Assembly (NCBI GenBank): GCA_025699005.1
Contig: JAILWI010000002.1
Coordinates: 303,246 to 367,245, forward strand
Source: Chloroflexota bacterium
Lineage (GTDB): Bacteria > Chloroflexota > Limnocylindria > QHBO01
Direction: 5' to 3'
Length of the DNA stretch: 64,000 bases
The position numbers and the translations under genes were made by a program. Positions within the stretch are counted from its first letter, which is position 1. Each line of letters begins with the position of its first letter. The notes under the pieces were generated by a model. The model saw only the letters and a program-made list of their open reading frames with translations, was not told the DNA's origin and ran no database searches. Shown piece by piece: positions 1 through 9,680 of the stretch.

Positions 1-608
1 ACTCGAAGCGCCATGCCGCCGAGCTGGCAGAGCGGGGGATCGAATGGCTGGACATGGGGGTCTCGGGCGGCGTCTGGGGCCTTCAGGTCGGCTTCTGCGC
101 GATGCTCGGTGGGAAGCGCGAGGTGTTCGAACGCTTCGAGCCGGTCGTGAAGACGCTCGCCCCCGAAAACGGGTATCTGTACTGCGGCGATGCGGGCGCC
201 GGCCACTACACGAAGATGGTCCACAACGGGATCGAGTACGGGATCATGCAGGCCTACGGCGAGGGCTTCGACATCCTCCACGCGGGCGAGTACGACCTCG
301 ACCTGGCGGCCGTGGCGCGCATGTGGAACAACGGGTCGGTCATCCGCTCGTGGCTCCTCGAGCTGGCGGGCGACGCCTTCGAGAAGGAGGGCAATGACCT
401 CGAGGACATCCGGGGCTGGGTGGCTGACTCGGGCGAGGGCCGCTGGACGGTCGCCGAGGCGATCGACCACGACGTGCCGGCGCCGGTGATCACCCTGAGC
501 CTCCTCCAGCGATTCCGCAGCCGCCGCGAGCCGGACTCGTACTCGGACCGGGTCCTGGCGGCCCTGCGCAACGAGTTCGGCGGCCACGCGCTCAAGGAGC
601 GGGAGTAG
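1..608 (+). CDS. gnd: 6-phosphogluconate dehydrogenase (decarboxylating), C-terminal part; N-terminus lies before the window
   Basis: Translation GAGHYTKMVHNGIEYGIMQAYGEGFDIL...LSLLQRFRSRREPDSY matches the conserved 6PGDH C-terminal domain. The reading frame is open from the window start. It sits directly upstream of zwf. Confidence 0.8.
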   Translation, partial: SKRHAAELAERGIEWLDMGVSGGVWGLQVGFCAMLGGKREVFERFEPVVKTLAPENGYLYCGDAGAGHYTKMVHNGIEYGIMQAYGEGFDILHAGEYDLDLAAVARMWNNGSVIRSWLLELAGDAFEKEGNDLEDIRGWVADSGEGRWTVAEAIDHDVPAPVITLSLLQRFRSRREPDSYSDRVLAALRNEFGGHALKERE

Positions 609-611
609 CCG

Positions 612-2255
612 ATGGCGACTCGGGTCAGCGACGAGCGCGCCACGCCGCCAGCGGATGAGAAGTCCGAGGCCGACACCCAGCGCGTCGCGCCCGATCCGCG
701 TCAGCCGCGGCCGAACCCGCTGCGCGAGGGCCTGCGCCTCGAGCGCATGGCCGAGCCGTGCACGATGGTCATCTGCGGTGCCACCGGCGATCTGACCGAG
801 CGCAAGCTGGCACCGGCGCTCTACAACACGCTGCTCGGCGGCTTCCTGCCGCCGGAGTTCACGGTCGTCGGGTTCGCGCGACGCGAGCTCGATGACGAGG
901 CGTTCCGCGAGCACCTTCTCGAGGGGATCAACAGATTCAGCCGCAACCGTCCGGCGAAGGCCGCCATCTGGGACTCGTTCGCGCGCGGCATCGAGTATCA
1001 CCAGGGCGACTTCGACGACCCGAGCGCCTACGTCGAGCTCGCGAAGCGGCTCGACCGCATCGACCGTGATCGCGGGACCTCGGGCAACCGGCTCTTCTAT
1101 CTCGCGGTGCCGCCGACGCTCTACCCGGAGATCGTGAACCAGCTGGATCGCGCCGGCCTCGCGTCGCCCGGCGACCGACGCCGAAGCGGCCCGCGACGGG
1201 GCTGGACACGCGTCATCGTCGAGAAGCCATTCGGCTACGACCTCGAGAGCGCGCGGACGCTGAACCACGAGCTGGGCGAGGTCTTCGACGAGACGCAGGT
1301 CTATCGGATCGACCATTACCTGGGCAAGGAGACCGTCCAGAACCTCGCCGTATTCCGGTTCGGCAACGGCCTCTTCGAGCCGATCTGGAATCGGCGCTAC
1401 ATCGACTCGGTGCAGATCACCGTGGCCGAGACGGTGGGCGTCGAGGGCCGCGGCGAGTTCTACGACGCGACCGGCGCGCTGCGCGACATCGTCCAGGGCC
1501 ACGCCCTCCAGCTGATGGCGATGTTCGCCATGGACCCTCCGGTCGAGTTCCATGCCGAGGACCTTCGCGACGAGAAGCTCAAGGTGCTGCGCGGCGTGAA
1601 GCCGATGTCGCCCGCCGATGTGGCGACGAACACGGTCCGCGGCCAGTACGTCTCGGGCTGGGTCGAGGGCGAGAAGGTGCAGAGCTACCGCGACGACGAG
1701 AAGGTTGCTCCTGACTCGGACACCGAGACGTTCGTGGCGCTCAAGCTGGGAATCGACTCGTGGCGATGGGCAGGCGTGCCGTTCTACCTGCGCACCGGCA
1801 AGGCGCTGCCGAGCCGGGTGACCGAGATCGCGGTGCGATTCAAGCAGGCACCGCTGGCGCTGTTCGCCCGGGCCGGCGTCCCGCAGATCGAGCCGAACGT
1901 GCTCGCCATCCGCGTCCAGCCCGACGAGGGCATCCTCCTGCGCTTCGGCGCCAAGGTCCCCGGCCAGGGCCTCCAGATCCGCAGCGTGAACATGGACTTC
2001 CGTTACGGATCGAGCTTCGCCGTCGACTCGCCGGATGCCTACGAAACGCTGCTCCTGGATGCCATGGTCGGCGATGCGAGCCTCTTCACGCGCGACGACG
2101 AAGTCGAGCGGGCGTGGGAGATCCTCGATCCGGTGCTCGACGCATGGAAGGCCGGCGAGGGTGGACCGCTCCACTTCTACGGCGCCGGAACGTGGGGGCC
2201 GCCGGCCGCCGATGAGCTGCTGGAGCGTGACGGTCGCGCGTGGAGACGCCCATGA
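612..2255 (+). CDS. zwf: glucose-6-phosphate 1-dehydrogenase
   Basis: 547-aa ORF with GATGDLTERKL NADP-binding motif and RIDHYLGKE active-site motif. An alternative in-frame ATG at 747 lies closer to the GATGDL motif. Confidence 0.9.
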   Translation: MATRVSDERATPPADEKSEADTQRVAPDPRQPRPNPLREGLRLERMAEPCTMVICGATGDLTERKLAPALYNTLLGGFLPPEFTVVGFARRELDDEAFREHLLEGINRFSRNRPAKAAIWDSFARGIEYHQGDFDDPSAYVELAKRLDRIDRDRGTSGNRLFYLAVPPTLYPEIVNQLDRAGLASPGDRRRSGPRRGWTRVIVEKPFGYDLESARTLNHELGEVFDETQVYRIDHYLGKETVQNLAVFRFGNGLFEPIWNRRYIDSVQITVAETVGVEGRGEFYDATGALRDIVQGHALQLMAMFAMDPPVEFHAEDLRDEKLKVLRGVKPMSPADVATNTVRGQYVSGWVEGEKVQSYRDDEKVAPDSDTETFVALKLGIDSWRWAGVPFYLRTGKALPSRVTEIAVRFKQAPLALFARAGVPQIEPNVLAIRVQPDEGILLRFGAKVPGQGLQIRSVNMDFRYGSSFAVDSPDAYETLLLDAMVGDASLFTRDDEVERAWEILDPVLDAWKAGEGGPLHFYGAGTWGPPAADELLERDGRAWRRP

Positions 2256-3532
2256 GCCAGGCCCAGCCACCCGCGACCGAGGAGCACGCCGTTCACCGAC
2301 ACCTCATGCGCTTCGGTGAGGCGGAGAGCCTCGCGACGCCGATGTGGGAGGAGCGCGGCACGAGCGTGCGCGCCATCGCCGGCTACCTGGCCTCCCTGTG
2401 GGACGGCGAGCCGAGGCTCGACGCCGATGGCGCCCCGCTCGTCACGGAGAAGGGACTGCCTCACGGTCGCGCGTCGGTCCTCAACCTCATCGTGACGGTC
2501 ATCGACGAATCGGCCGCGGACCGCGTGGTGCGCACGCTCGAGGGGCTCGGCGTCCGCCACCCGTCGCGCGCCATCGTCCTGGTGCCGGAGCACGGCACCG
2601 GCGAGGCGCCGATCGACGCGCGCATCAGCACGCACTGCAACGAGGGGGGCAGCGGCCAGGAGCAGATCTGCTACGAGGAGGTGGTGCTCACCGTCCGGGG
2701 CGAGGCGTCGGAGCACCTCTCGGGCATCGTGGCCCCGCTGCTCATCCACGACCTTCCGACCCATATCTGGTGGCCCGGCGACCCGCCGTGGCGTGACCCG
2801 GTGTTCGATCAGCTCATCGACATGGGCGACCGGGTCATCGTCGACTCCTCGGACTTCGCCGACCTGCTGACGGGCCTGCGGCGCACCGCCAACCTGCGAC
2901 GCCGAAGTGGCGTCGGCGACCTGTCGTGGGAGCGCCTGACGTGGTGGCAGGAGCTCACCGCCCAGTTCTTCGATGCGCCGCGCTTCCGGCGCTACCTGCC
3001 GAACCTGAGCCGCCTGCTCATCCGGTACGCGGTCCCCACCCCAACCGCCGATCGACACGACGAGGACCTCGAGGTGGCTCCGGGTGTGCACGAGCCGATG
3101 GCCCAGGCCCTGCTCTACGCCGGCTGGATCGCGACCCGCCTGGGCTGGAAGCGCTACCGCACGATCGAGGCGCTGGCGGACGGGGCGCTTCGGCTGCGGC
3201 TCGAGGGCAAGCACGAGATGGTCGACCTCGTCATCAAGCCGACGGCCAGCGACGAGGTGCGTCCGGGCGACCTGCTCTCGGTACGCCTGCGGTCGCTCGG
3301 TGAGACGGGCGCCGCCGAGTTCATCATCGACCGCGACGCCGATGACGCCATCGTTGCCACGAACGCGGACGGCATGACCGCGCTGCTGCGCCGCGTGCCG
3401 ATGGAGTCGCCGAGCGAGGCCGAGCTGTTGAGCGCGCAGCTCACCATGGATGTCGCCGACCCGGTCTACGAGGCGGCGGTCCGGGCAGCGGCCATCCTGC
3501 TCGCGTCGTCCCGGGAGGCGGCTGCCGCATGA
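2252..3532 (+). CDS. opcA: glucose-6-phosphate dehydrogenase assembly protein OpcA
   Basis: Position immediately after zwf with an ATGA start/stop overlap. About 427 aa with the Ala/Leu-rich composition typical of actinobacterial OpcA. The zwf-opcA-pgl order is canonical. Confidence 0.75.
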   Translation: MSQAQPPATEEHAVHRHLMRFGEAESLATPMWEERGTSVRAIAGYLASLWDGEPRLDADGAPLVTEKGLPHGRASVLNLIVTVIDESAADRVVRTLEGLGVRHPSRAIVLVPEHGTGEAPIDARISTHCNEGGSGQEQICYEEVVLTVRGEASEHLSGIVAPLLIHDLPTHIWWPGDPPWRDPVFDQLIDMGDRVIVDSSDFADLLTGLRRTANLRRRSGVGDLSWERLTWWQELTAQFFDAPRFRRYLPNLSRLLIRYAVPTPTADRHDEDLEVAPGVHEPMAQALLYAGWIATRLGWKRYRTIEALADGALRLRLEGKHEMVDLVIKPTASDEVRPGDLLSVRLRSLGETGAAEFIIDRDADDAIVATNADGMTALLRRVPMESPSEAELLSAQLTMDVADPVYEAAVRAAAILLASSREAAAA

Positions 3533-4254
3533 CCAGGTTCGACGTGCACCCGGACGCGGCCGCCGTTGCCGAGGCCACCGCCGATCACTTCGTGAGGGCC
3601 GCGGTCGCGGCCATCGAGGAGCGTGGCATCTTCCGCGTTGCGCTCTCGGGCGGGGGGACGCCGAAGCAGGTCTACCCGCTGCTGCTCGAGCCGGCACGGC
3701 GCGACGCCGTGGACTGGGCCGCGGTCGAGTTCTTCTGGGGAGACGAGCGCTCGGTGCCCCCGGATCACCCCGAGTCGAACTTCGGCGTCGCGTACGGCAT
3801 GCTCATCTCGCAGCTGCCACGCGTGCGGCCGGATCGAATCCACCGCATGCCGGCGGAAGCCCCCGACATCGATGCGGCGGCGCTGTCGTACGAGAGCGAG
3901 ATCCGCCTCGCCTTCGATGCCCGCGGCGACGAGCCGCCGGCCTTCGACCTCATCTGGCTGGGCATGGGGCCGGATGGCCACACTGCCAGCCTCTTCCCGG
4001 GATCGGACGGCCTCGACGAGGTGCGCCGATGGGTGATCGGCAACTGGGCGCCCTCCCAGGAGACCTGGCGCATGACGCTGACCTTCCCGGTCCTCGATGC
4101 CGGCCGCGACGTCGTCGTGGCGGTGACGGGTGCCGACAAGGCCGACGCGCTGGGACGCATCCGCGAGGGAGGCTCCGACCTTCCGGCCGCTCGGGTCGAC
4201 GGCGAGCAGGTGACCTGGATCCTCGATCGGGCAGCCGCAGGGGAGCCGGCGTGA
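3529..4254 (+). CDS. pgl: 6-phosphogluconolactonase
   Basis: 241 aa. SGGGTPK motif and FWGDER motif of the DevB/Pgl family. ATGA overlap with the opcA stop. Confidence 0.85.
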   Translation: MTRFDVHPDAAAVAEATADHFVRAAVAAIEERGIFRVALSGGGTPKQVYPLLLEPARRDAVDWAAVEFFWGDERSVPPDHPESNFGVAYGMLISQLPRVRPDRIHRMPAEAPDIDAAALSYESEIRLAFDARGDEPPAFDLIWLGMGPDGHTASLFPGSDGLDEVRRWVIGNWAPSQETWRMTLTFPVLDAGRDVVVAVTGADKADALGRIREGGSDLPAARVDGEQVTWILDRAAAGEPA

Positions 4255-4907
4255 CGGCCGGCAGACCGGCGGGTACGACGGACGCACTTCGGATCCTCGA
4301 AGCGCAGCTCGGCCGCATGCGCGGGATGGTCTACCGCTATTACGAGCTGTTCTTCCGATTCACCGGCGCGGGCCTCGTCGCCAGCGGCGTGCTCTTCGTG
4401 GCCGCGTTCTGGCCGCCCACCCAGGCTTCGGCGCTGCTCCTCCCGTTCGTGATCCTCTACGTGGGCTTCCACGCCGCCTACCTGTTCAGCTACGTCATCT
4501 TCGCCAGGACCTACGCGGAAGCCCTGGAGCGGCGCATCAACACGGAGCTCGGTGAGGAGCTGCTCGTGGCGCATCGGCTGGAGGCGGTGTACTTCGGCGC
4601 ACCGGGCGACCCGCGGCTGGTCGCCGGGTCGCTCCGACGCCCCCTGAGCATGATCGCCGCCGAGACGTGGCACTTCGTGGTGATGGGGGCGGCGCTCTTC
4701 GCGGTGTCGACGTTCCTCGCCAACGCCACGGTCGCCCGGATCGGGGAGCCGTGGTCGACGTGGTTCCTGCCGGTCGTCATCGCCTGGGCGCTCGTGAACG
4801 GGGCGTATCTCGCCTGGTACTTCGGCGCGAACCGCGATCAGCGCGCCATTCAGCGCGTGCTCGACGAGGCGTACGGCCCGAGTCGCGCCTCGACCGAGTT
4901 CGACTGA
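4251..4907 (+). CDS. hypothetical integral membrane protein
   Basis: GTG start overlapping the pgl stop (GTGA). Translation has 4-5 hydrophobic helices (GAGLVASGVLFVAAFW, LLLPFVILYVGF, HFVVMGAALFAV, FLPVVIAWALVNGAYLAWY). Alternative ATG at 4318. Confidence 0.5.
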   Translation: MTAGRPAGTTDALRILEAQLGRMRGMVYRYYELFFRFTGAGLVASGVLFVAAFWPPTQASALLLPFVILYVGFHAAYLFSYVIFARTYAEALERRINTELGEELLVAHRLEAVYFGAPGDPRLVAGSLRRPLSMIAAETWHFVVMGAALFAVSTFLANATVARIGEPWSTWFLPVVIAWALVNGAYLAWYFGANRDQRAIQRVLDEAYGPSRASTEFD

Positions 4908-4912
4908 GCCCG

Positions 4913-5182
4913 ATGCCGCCGCTCGCGTGGCTCGTCGTCGCCATCGTCGCCGGCTTCGCCGCCTACCGGGTGGGGTGGCCCGCCTGGCAGGCCTACCGCT
5001 CGCGGGACGCTCGTGATTCCAACGCCGAGCGGTACCTCGCCTGGCGCGGCCGCGCGGTGCGTGGACAGCCATCGACCGTGCGCGAGGGAATGACCGGCGA
5101 GGAGCGCCGGCGGATCTACGCCGGCGCTGCCCTGGGCCTGATCGGGGCGGCGGCCCTCCTCGCCTTCTTCCTGACCAGCTAG
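4913..5182 (+). CDS. small membrane protein (89 aa)
   Basis: ATG 4913 lies 5 nt after the previous stop. Two predicted TM helices (LAWLVVAIVAGFAAY and AGAALGLIGAAALLAFFL). High-GC codon bias is consistent with coding. Confidence 0.35.
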   Translation: MPPLAWLVVAIVAGFAAYRVGWPAWQAYRSRDARDSNAERYLAWRGRAVRGQPSTVREGMTGEERRRIYAGAALGLIGAAALLAFFLTS

Positions 5183-6147
5183 CCCCTGAACGTCTCGAGG
5201 CGCCTGAGGACCAGCGCGCCGACCTTGGCGCCCTGCTCCAGCCCGATCTCGATGCCCATCGGGTAGTGGATGCCGCCATACAGCCGGCTCGTGGCCGCCT
5301 CGCTGGCCGCGTCCTGGAACGACGCAAAGTGGCGCGTGCCGGCCGACGGTGGACCGGTCAGCCGGTGGGTGTCGCTGAAGGCCACGCGCCCGAAGAGATC
5401 GGTGAGCACGGCCGCCGCCGCCTGCGAGGCGACCGAGTGTCCGGAGGTGTACTCGGGGAACTGCGGCGTCTTCACGAACGAGGTCCAGGCCGGATCGATC
5501 ACACGTTGGATGTACGTGATCGGGCGCAGCAGGTTGATCACGTATTTCGCGTGCCAGCACGAGATGAAGGCATCGGCCAGCGCCACGCCCAGCCTGGCGT
5601 ACATCTCGGCGGCATCGTCGAGGCGGAGCGAAAGGTGATCGACCAGCTGGTTGGCGATGATGAACCAGTGGCCGGCGGGAAGGCCGCTGGTCAGCGGGTT
5701 GTCCCGCCAGAACATCGCGATGAAGCGCTGCTCGTCGGTGAGGTTCTTGCTGACCTCGACCACGGCCGCCGCCTGGGCGTGGAAGGCGCTCGCCGGGCTC
5801 TCGTCGTACGGGATGTGCGGAGGCGGGAAGCAGGCGTCCGCCGACGGGAGGATGAACGGGCGCATTTGGCCCCAGTACGGCTCGATGGCCGGTCCGAAGT
5901 TCGGAGGCGTGGACTGCCACTTGTCGATGCCCGTGGGGGGCACGTAGGTCGGCAGGGCGCGAATCTCGGTGAGCCCATCGCCGTCCGACCACGTGGCCAC
6001 GGCCTCGCCGACCGCGCGTCCGTGTGCGATCGAGCGCTGGAGGACGGCCGGGTCGACCACTGCCGCCCGCTCGGCCTGGATCGATGCCTCGACCGCCCCG
6101 ATCTCTGTCGTGGTCTGTGGCAGGGGTGTCGGGAATTCTGTCGACAC
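5179..6147 (-). CDS. PAP2 superfamily / vanadium-haloperoxidase-like phosphoesterase
   Basis: PAP2 signature motifs in the minus-strand translation: K-x6-RP (HAKYVINLLRP), PSGH-like (PEYTSGHSV) and SR-x5-H (SRLYGGIHYPMG). GTG start at 6147. The track ORF extending to 7215 is antisense read-through across the proline dehydrogenase gene. Confidence 0.6.
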   Translation of the reverse strand: MSTEFPTPLPQTTTEIGAVEASIQAERAAVVDPAVLQRSIAHGRAVGEAVATWSDGDGLTEIRALPTYVPPTGIDKWQSTPPNFGPAIEPYWGQMRPFILPSADACFPPPHIPYDESPASAFHAQAAAVVEVSKNLTDEQRFIAMFWRDNPLTSGLPAGHWFIIANQLVDHLSLRLDDAAEMYARLGVALADAFISCWHAKYVINLLRPITYIQRVIDPAWTSFVKTPQFPEYTSGHSVASQAAAAVLTDLFGRVAFSDTHRLTGPPSAGTRHFASFQDAASEAATSRLYGGIHYPMGIEIGLEQGAKVGALVLRRLETFRG

Positions 6148-6219
6148 AGATTTGCCGGCATTCGGCGACCGATTTGACCTGCTCGGCGGGGGCCGGGCGA
6201 GACCGGTAGACTGCCCTCG

Positions 6220-7149
6220 ATGCTTGCTGCGGCCCTGCGTGCCCTCTTCCTGTGGCTCAGCAATCGCCGCTGGATGGCGCGCATCGCATTGGGAACCCCG
6301 CTTCTCCGCCGGATGCCGCTGCGTTTCGTGGCCGGGACGACCCTGGACGAGGCGGTCGCCGCTGTGCAGCGCCTCAATGCCTCGGGCGCGAGCGCCACGC
6401 TCGACGTCCTCGGCGAGTCGATCGAAGGTCGTGCATCGGCCGATCGGGCCGCCGCCGCCTACGTGGAGACGATCGAGCGGATTGCGCGGGACGGCCTCGA
6501 TGCCAATGTGAGCATCAAGCTCACCCAGATGGGCCTCGACCTCGGTGTCGATGCCTGTGTCGACGTCCTCGAGCCGGTGGTAAAGGCAGGGGATCAGGCC
6601 GGCATCTTCATTCGCATCGACATGGAGGGCTCGGCGTACACCGAGCAGACGCTCGAGGTCGTGCGCCGACTGCGTGCCGCCGGCCACGACGTCGGTCCGG
6701 TGGTGCAGGCCTACCTCCATCGCTCGGCCGCCGACGTCGAAGCGCTCGCGCGTGAGCGCGTGCGGGTTCGCGTCTGCAAGGGCGCGTACGCGGAGCCGCC
6801 CGAGATCGCCTACCAGGAGCGGGTCGCGATCGGCGACTCGTTCGTCACGCTCAGCGAGGAGCTGCTGCGCGCCGATGCGTATCCCGGCATCGCCACGCAC
6901 GACCCGGAGATGATCGATCGGGTGATCACGTTCGCGAAGGAGCATGGCATCGGCCCTGAGCGATTCGAGTTCCAGATGCTGTACGGCGTTCGGCGCGACC
7001 TCCAGCGGCAGCTGCTCGAGAAGGGCTATCGGCTGCGGGTGTACGTCCCCTTCGGCACCGAGTGGTACGCGTACTTCATGCGACGCCTGGCCGAACGCCC
7101 AGCGAACGTCCTGTTCGTGCTCCGCAGCGTCCTCGGGGAGCGGTCCTGA
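6220..7149 (+). CDS. proline dehydrogenase family protein
   Basis: 309 aa. Similarity to the PutA proline dehydrogenase catalytic barrel (VSIKLTQMGLDLG, VRVCKGAY, YVPFGTEWYAYFMRRLAERPANV). Confidence 0.8.
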   Translation: MLAAALRALFLWLSNRRWMARIALGTPLLRRMPLRFVAGTTLDEAVAAVQRLNASGASATLDVLGESIEGRASADRAAAAYVETIERIARDGLDANVSIKLTQMGLDLGVDACVDVLEPVVKAGDQAGIFIRIDMEGSAYTEQTLEVVRRLRAAGHDVGPVVQAYLHRSAADVEALARERVRVRVCKGAYAEPPEIAYQERVAIGDSFVTLSEELLRADAYPGIATHDPEMIDRVITFAKEHGIGPERFEFQMLYGVRRDLQRQLLEKGYRLRVYVPFGTEWYAYFMRRLAERPANVLFVLRSVLGERS

Positions 7150-7189
7150 CGGAGCCCGACGTCGCGGACTAGACTGGCGGCACCAGCTC

Positions 7190-7600
7190 ATGTCTGCCAG
7201 CAAACGGCCGAGCACCTCGAGCCTCCGCCGCTATCTCACATCCCGCCCCTACATCGCCGTCGCCGACATCCGCCGACGATTCGGACTCGAGCCCGATGCG
7301 ATGAGCGTCGTCAGCCGCAACGGGACGACGGCGTTCATCGGCCTGCCCGAGCGCGAGTCGGCGAAGATCCAGGACCTGTGGCAGCGCGACGAGATCGGCG
7401 TCGAGCTGTCGGTCGAGGTTCGCGCCCCGGTCGTCGTCGGGCTCTATCCGATGCGCATCGCCCGTTTCGTGATCGAGCAGGCGAATGGATCCGCTGCTCG
7501 CGCCGCCGAGCCGCATGGGTCGGGCGAGGTGCATGCCCCGGGCGACGCGCACGGCGGTGCCGAGCCCAAGGCGAACGAGCCATCGAGACCGAGCGCATGA
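7190..7600 (+). CDS. hypothetical protein (136 aa)
   Basis: In-frame ATG at 7190 with coding-like GC3 bias. Stop overlaps the next start (ATGA). No recognisable motif. Confidence 0.4.
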   Translation: MSASKRPSTSSLRRYLTSRPYIAVADIRRRFGLEPDAMSVVSRNGTTAFIGLPERESAKIQDLWQRDEIGVELSVEVRAPVVVGLYPMRIARFVIEQANGSAARAAEPHGSGEVHAPGDAHGGAEPKANEPSRPSA

Positions 7601-7935
7601 CGGTGCTCGCACTCGTGGATGACCTGCTGCTCGGCAGCCGAATCGAGGCCGCGGCGCGCGGGGCCGGGGTCGACTACGCCCGGGTGGCGTCCCTCGATGA
7701 TCTGCCGGAGCCGGATGACCGGCCTGTGGTTCTCTTCGTGGCGTGGGATGAGCGTGCCCCTGACTGGGGCGTGGGCCTTGCAGCCTGGTCGGGCTCAAGC
7801 CCGCGATTCAGGCTCGTCCTGTTCGGACCTCACACCGATCTCGCCGGGCATCGTGCCGCCAAAGAGCACGGCATCGGGCCGGTGCTTTCGCGCTCGAAAC
7901 TGATGTCGAGCCTGCCGGAGCTCGTTAGAGTCTGA
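7597..7935 (+). CDS. hypothetical protein (112 aa)
   Basis: ATG 7597 overlapping the upstream stop. Translation MTVLALVDDLLLGSRIEAAARGAG... has no motif I can assign. Confidence 0.4.
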   Translation: MTVLALVDDLLLGSRIEAAARGAGVDYARVASLDDLPEPDDRPVVLFVAWDERAPDWGVGLAAWSGSSPRFRLVLFGPHTDLAGHRAAKEHGIGPVLSRSKLMSSLPELVRV

Positions 7936-7938
7936 CGG

Positions 7939-8751
7939 TCAGGTCGCCTCGCGTCGCTGTTCCGTCCTATCGACCTGCGGTCGAGAGGACGGCTCACCGT
8001 CGCGGATTGGCAGCACCCGATCGTTGATGAGCGTGCGCAGGATGCGCAGCCCATCTCTGACGGCATTGAGGTTGGAGTCGCCGTGCATGCGCTCGGACTC
8101 GCGGCTGGCGACCTCGGTTACGCGGAGGTTCGAGCGCATGGCGCGCGTCACGATCTGGGTTTCGATCTCGAACCCGACCGCGGACAGCCGCAGCTCCGGA
8201 ATGGCCGAGCGCCGAAGCGCCATGTAGCCATAGCAGAGTTCGCTGAATCTTCCGCCGTAGAGCAGGTTGGACAGCATAAGAAGGGCGCCGTTTCCGATCT
8301 TCCTGACCAGGGTCATGTCCGTGGTGCCGCCGCCGTCGATGAAGCGTGAGCCCTTGACCAGGTCGTAGCCCTCATCGAGCCGCGCGACGAAGCGCTCGAT
8401 CTCGGCCGGATCCATCGAGCCGTCGGCGTCAAGCATCACGACGTAATCGCCGCGGGCCTCCCGAAATCCCGCGCGGACAGCGGCGCCTTTTCCCGGCTGC
8501 ATCTCGTGGACCACGACGACGTCGGGGGAGATCATCTTGGCGATCTCGAGGGTTCCGTCGTTGGAGAGACCGTCGACGATGATGACCTCATCGACGAAGG
8601 ACGGAATCCGCTCGAGGACCCACCCGATGTTTCGGGCCTCGTTCTTCGCGGGGATGATGACGCTGACAGTGGGCTGGGTCAGCTCGGGCGCAGGTGATTG
8701 CGGTGGCGAAACGCGCCTGATGATGGCTTCGATTGGTCGCGTGATGATCAT
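7939..8751 (-). CDS. family 2 glycosyltransferase (Dpm1/GtrB-like polyprenyl-phosphate sugar transferase)
   Basis: VSVIIPAKNEARNI...VIIVDGLSNDGTLEIA...VVMLDADGSMDP is the GT-A fold with a DxD motif. ATG at 8751 (MIITRPIE). Upstream in-frame extension to 8985 is unlikely. Confidence 0.75.
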   Translation of the reverse strand: MIITRPIEAIIRRVSPPQSPAPELTQPTVSVIIPAKNEARNIGWVLERIPSFVDEVIIVDGLSNDGTLEIAKMISPDVVVVHEMQPGKGAAVRAGFREARGDYVVMLDADGSMDPAEIERFVARLDEGYDLVKGSRFIDGGGTTDMTLVRKIGNGALLMLSNLLYGGRFSELCYGYMALRRSAIPELRLSAVGFEIETQIVTRAMRSNLRVTEVASRESERMHGDSNLNAVRDGLRILRTLINDRVLPIRDGEPSSRPQVDRTEQRREAT

Positions 8752-9017
8752 TAAGCTCTCTCTGCTCGAGGGCACATCCGAACAGGATGAGTCCAGCACC
8801 GTTGACCCCCAGTGGCGCGTGCGGACGTTGGTCGTACCATCCGGCGGGGCTAGGAACACAGTACCGTCGCCGGAGTAGTACTTCTGGGGGGCATTGTTGT
8901 TGACGTGCGCTTGACTGTCCAGCACACGAGGCGGGAACCGTTGCCGGACGGCACCACCCTCGGCTCGCGTCGTGCAACAATGCACGGCCAGATTTCCGTA
9001 CCGTCCGTGTCGTATCC

Positions 9018-9680
9018 GTGCCCAGCCATTCGGGCCGGCGGAAGCTAAGCAGCATCCGTCTGCGCCGCCAACTTATCCGAGACCTCCGGGCCGGTCATTC
9101 GCTGACCGACGCCGCCGCCCACGCGGACGTCAGCCTCACGACCGTGCATCGCGAGATGCGCCGATCCGGCTGGTTCGCGCGGGCGATCACGCGTGCCCGC
9201 GAGGGAGTCGAGGGGCCTGATTCCGATCACGTCGTGTCGCCGCGCATGCTTGTCGCGACGACGTCGCCGCGTCACCGAGGTGCGACGATCGAGCCGGCCA
9301 GGCCGGTAGATCTCGTGATCCCAGCGGTCGTGCTGATGCTGCAGCTCGGCATAGCGGCGACCCTGGGCACACTTGGCGTGACCCTGGCCGTGGGGGTCGT
9401 GATCTGCGTCGCGGTTGCCGTCGCGCTCAGCGGTGCGCTGCGGACGACGGGCGGTCACTACCGGCTGAAGCCGACCACCGAGGCGGTCGCGATCCCGATC
9501 GCCGACTCCGATCCGCGGCCATTGGGGCGGACACGTGCGGACGAGTCGCCGCGCCGAGACGCGCCCGAAGTGCGGCAGAACGGGGCTCGACGTGCCGAGC
9601 TCGGCTGGCTGCGGAACACGATCGGCGGTCCGGAGCTTTCCGGGCCGGAGATCATCGACTCGCGCGGTCGTCGACGGTGA
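9018..9680 (+). CDS. HTH-domain membrane protein
   Basis: GTG start. The N-terminus has a helix-turn-helix-like segment (LTDAAAHADVSLTTVHREMRRSG). It is followed by two hydrophobic helices (LVIPAVVLMLQLGIAATLGTLGVTLAVGVVICVAVAVALSGAL). Confidence 0.45.
   Translation: MPSHSGRRKLSSIRLRRQLIRDLRAGHSLTDAAAHADVSLTTVHREMRRSGWFARAITRAREGVEGPDSDHVVSPRMLVATTSPRHRGATIEPARPVDLVIPAVVLMLQLGIAATLGTLGVTLAVGVVICVAVAVALSGALRTTGGHYRLKPTTEAVAIPIADSDPRPLGRTRADESPRRDAPEVRQNGARRAELGWLRNTIGGPELSGPEIIDSRGRRR

Noticed and set aside
3450-4907. 485-aa plus ORF starting inside opcA
   Set aside because: Its first 260 aa are an Arg/Gly-rich out-of-frame reading of opcA/pgl. Only the last 218 aa, from GTG 4251, are hydrophobic and membrane-protein-like.
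5179-7215. 678-aa minus-strand ORF spanning the PAP2 gene and the whole proline dehydrogenase gene
   Set aside because: Only the 3' third (5179-6147) has PAP2 motifs. The rest is antisense to a well-supported proline dehydrogenase CDS, and such long antisense ORFs are expected in 70% GC DNA.
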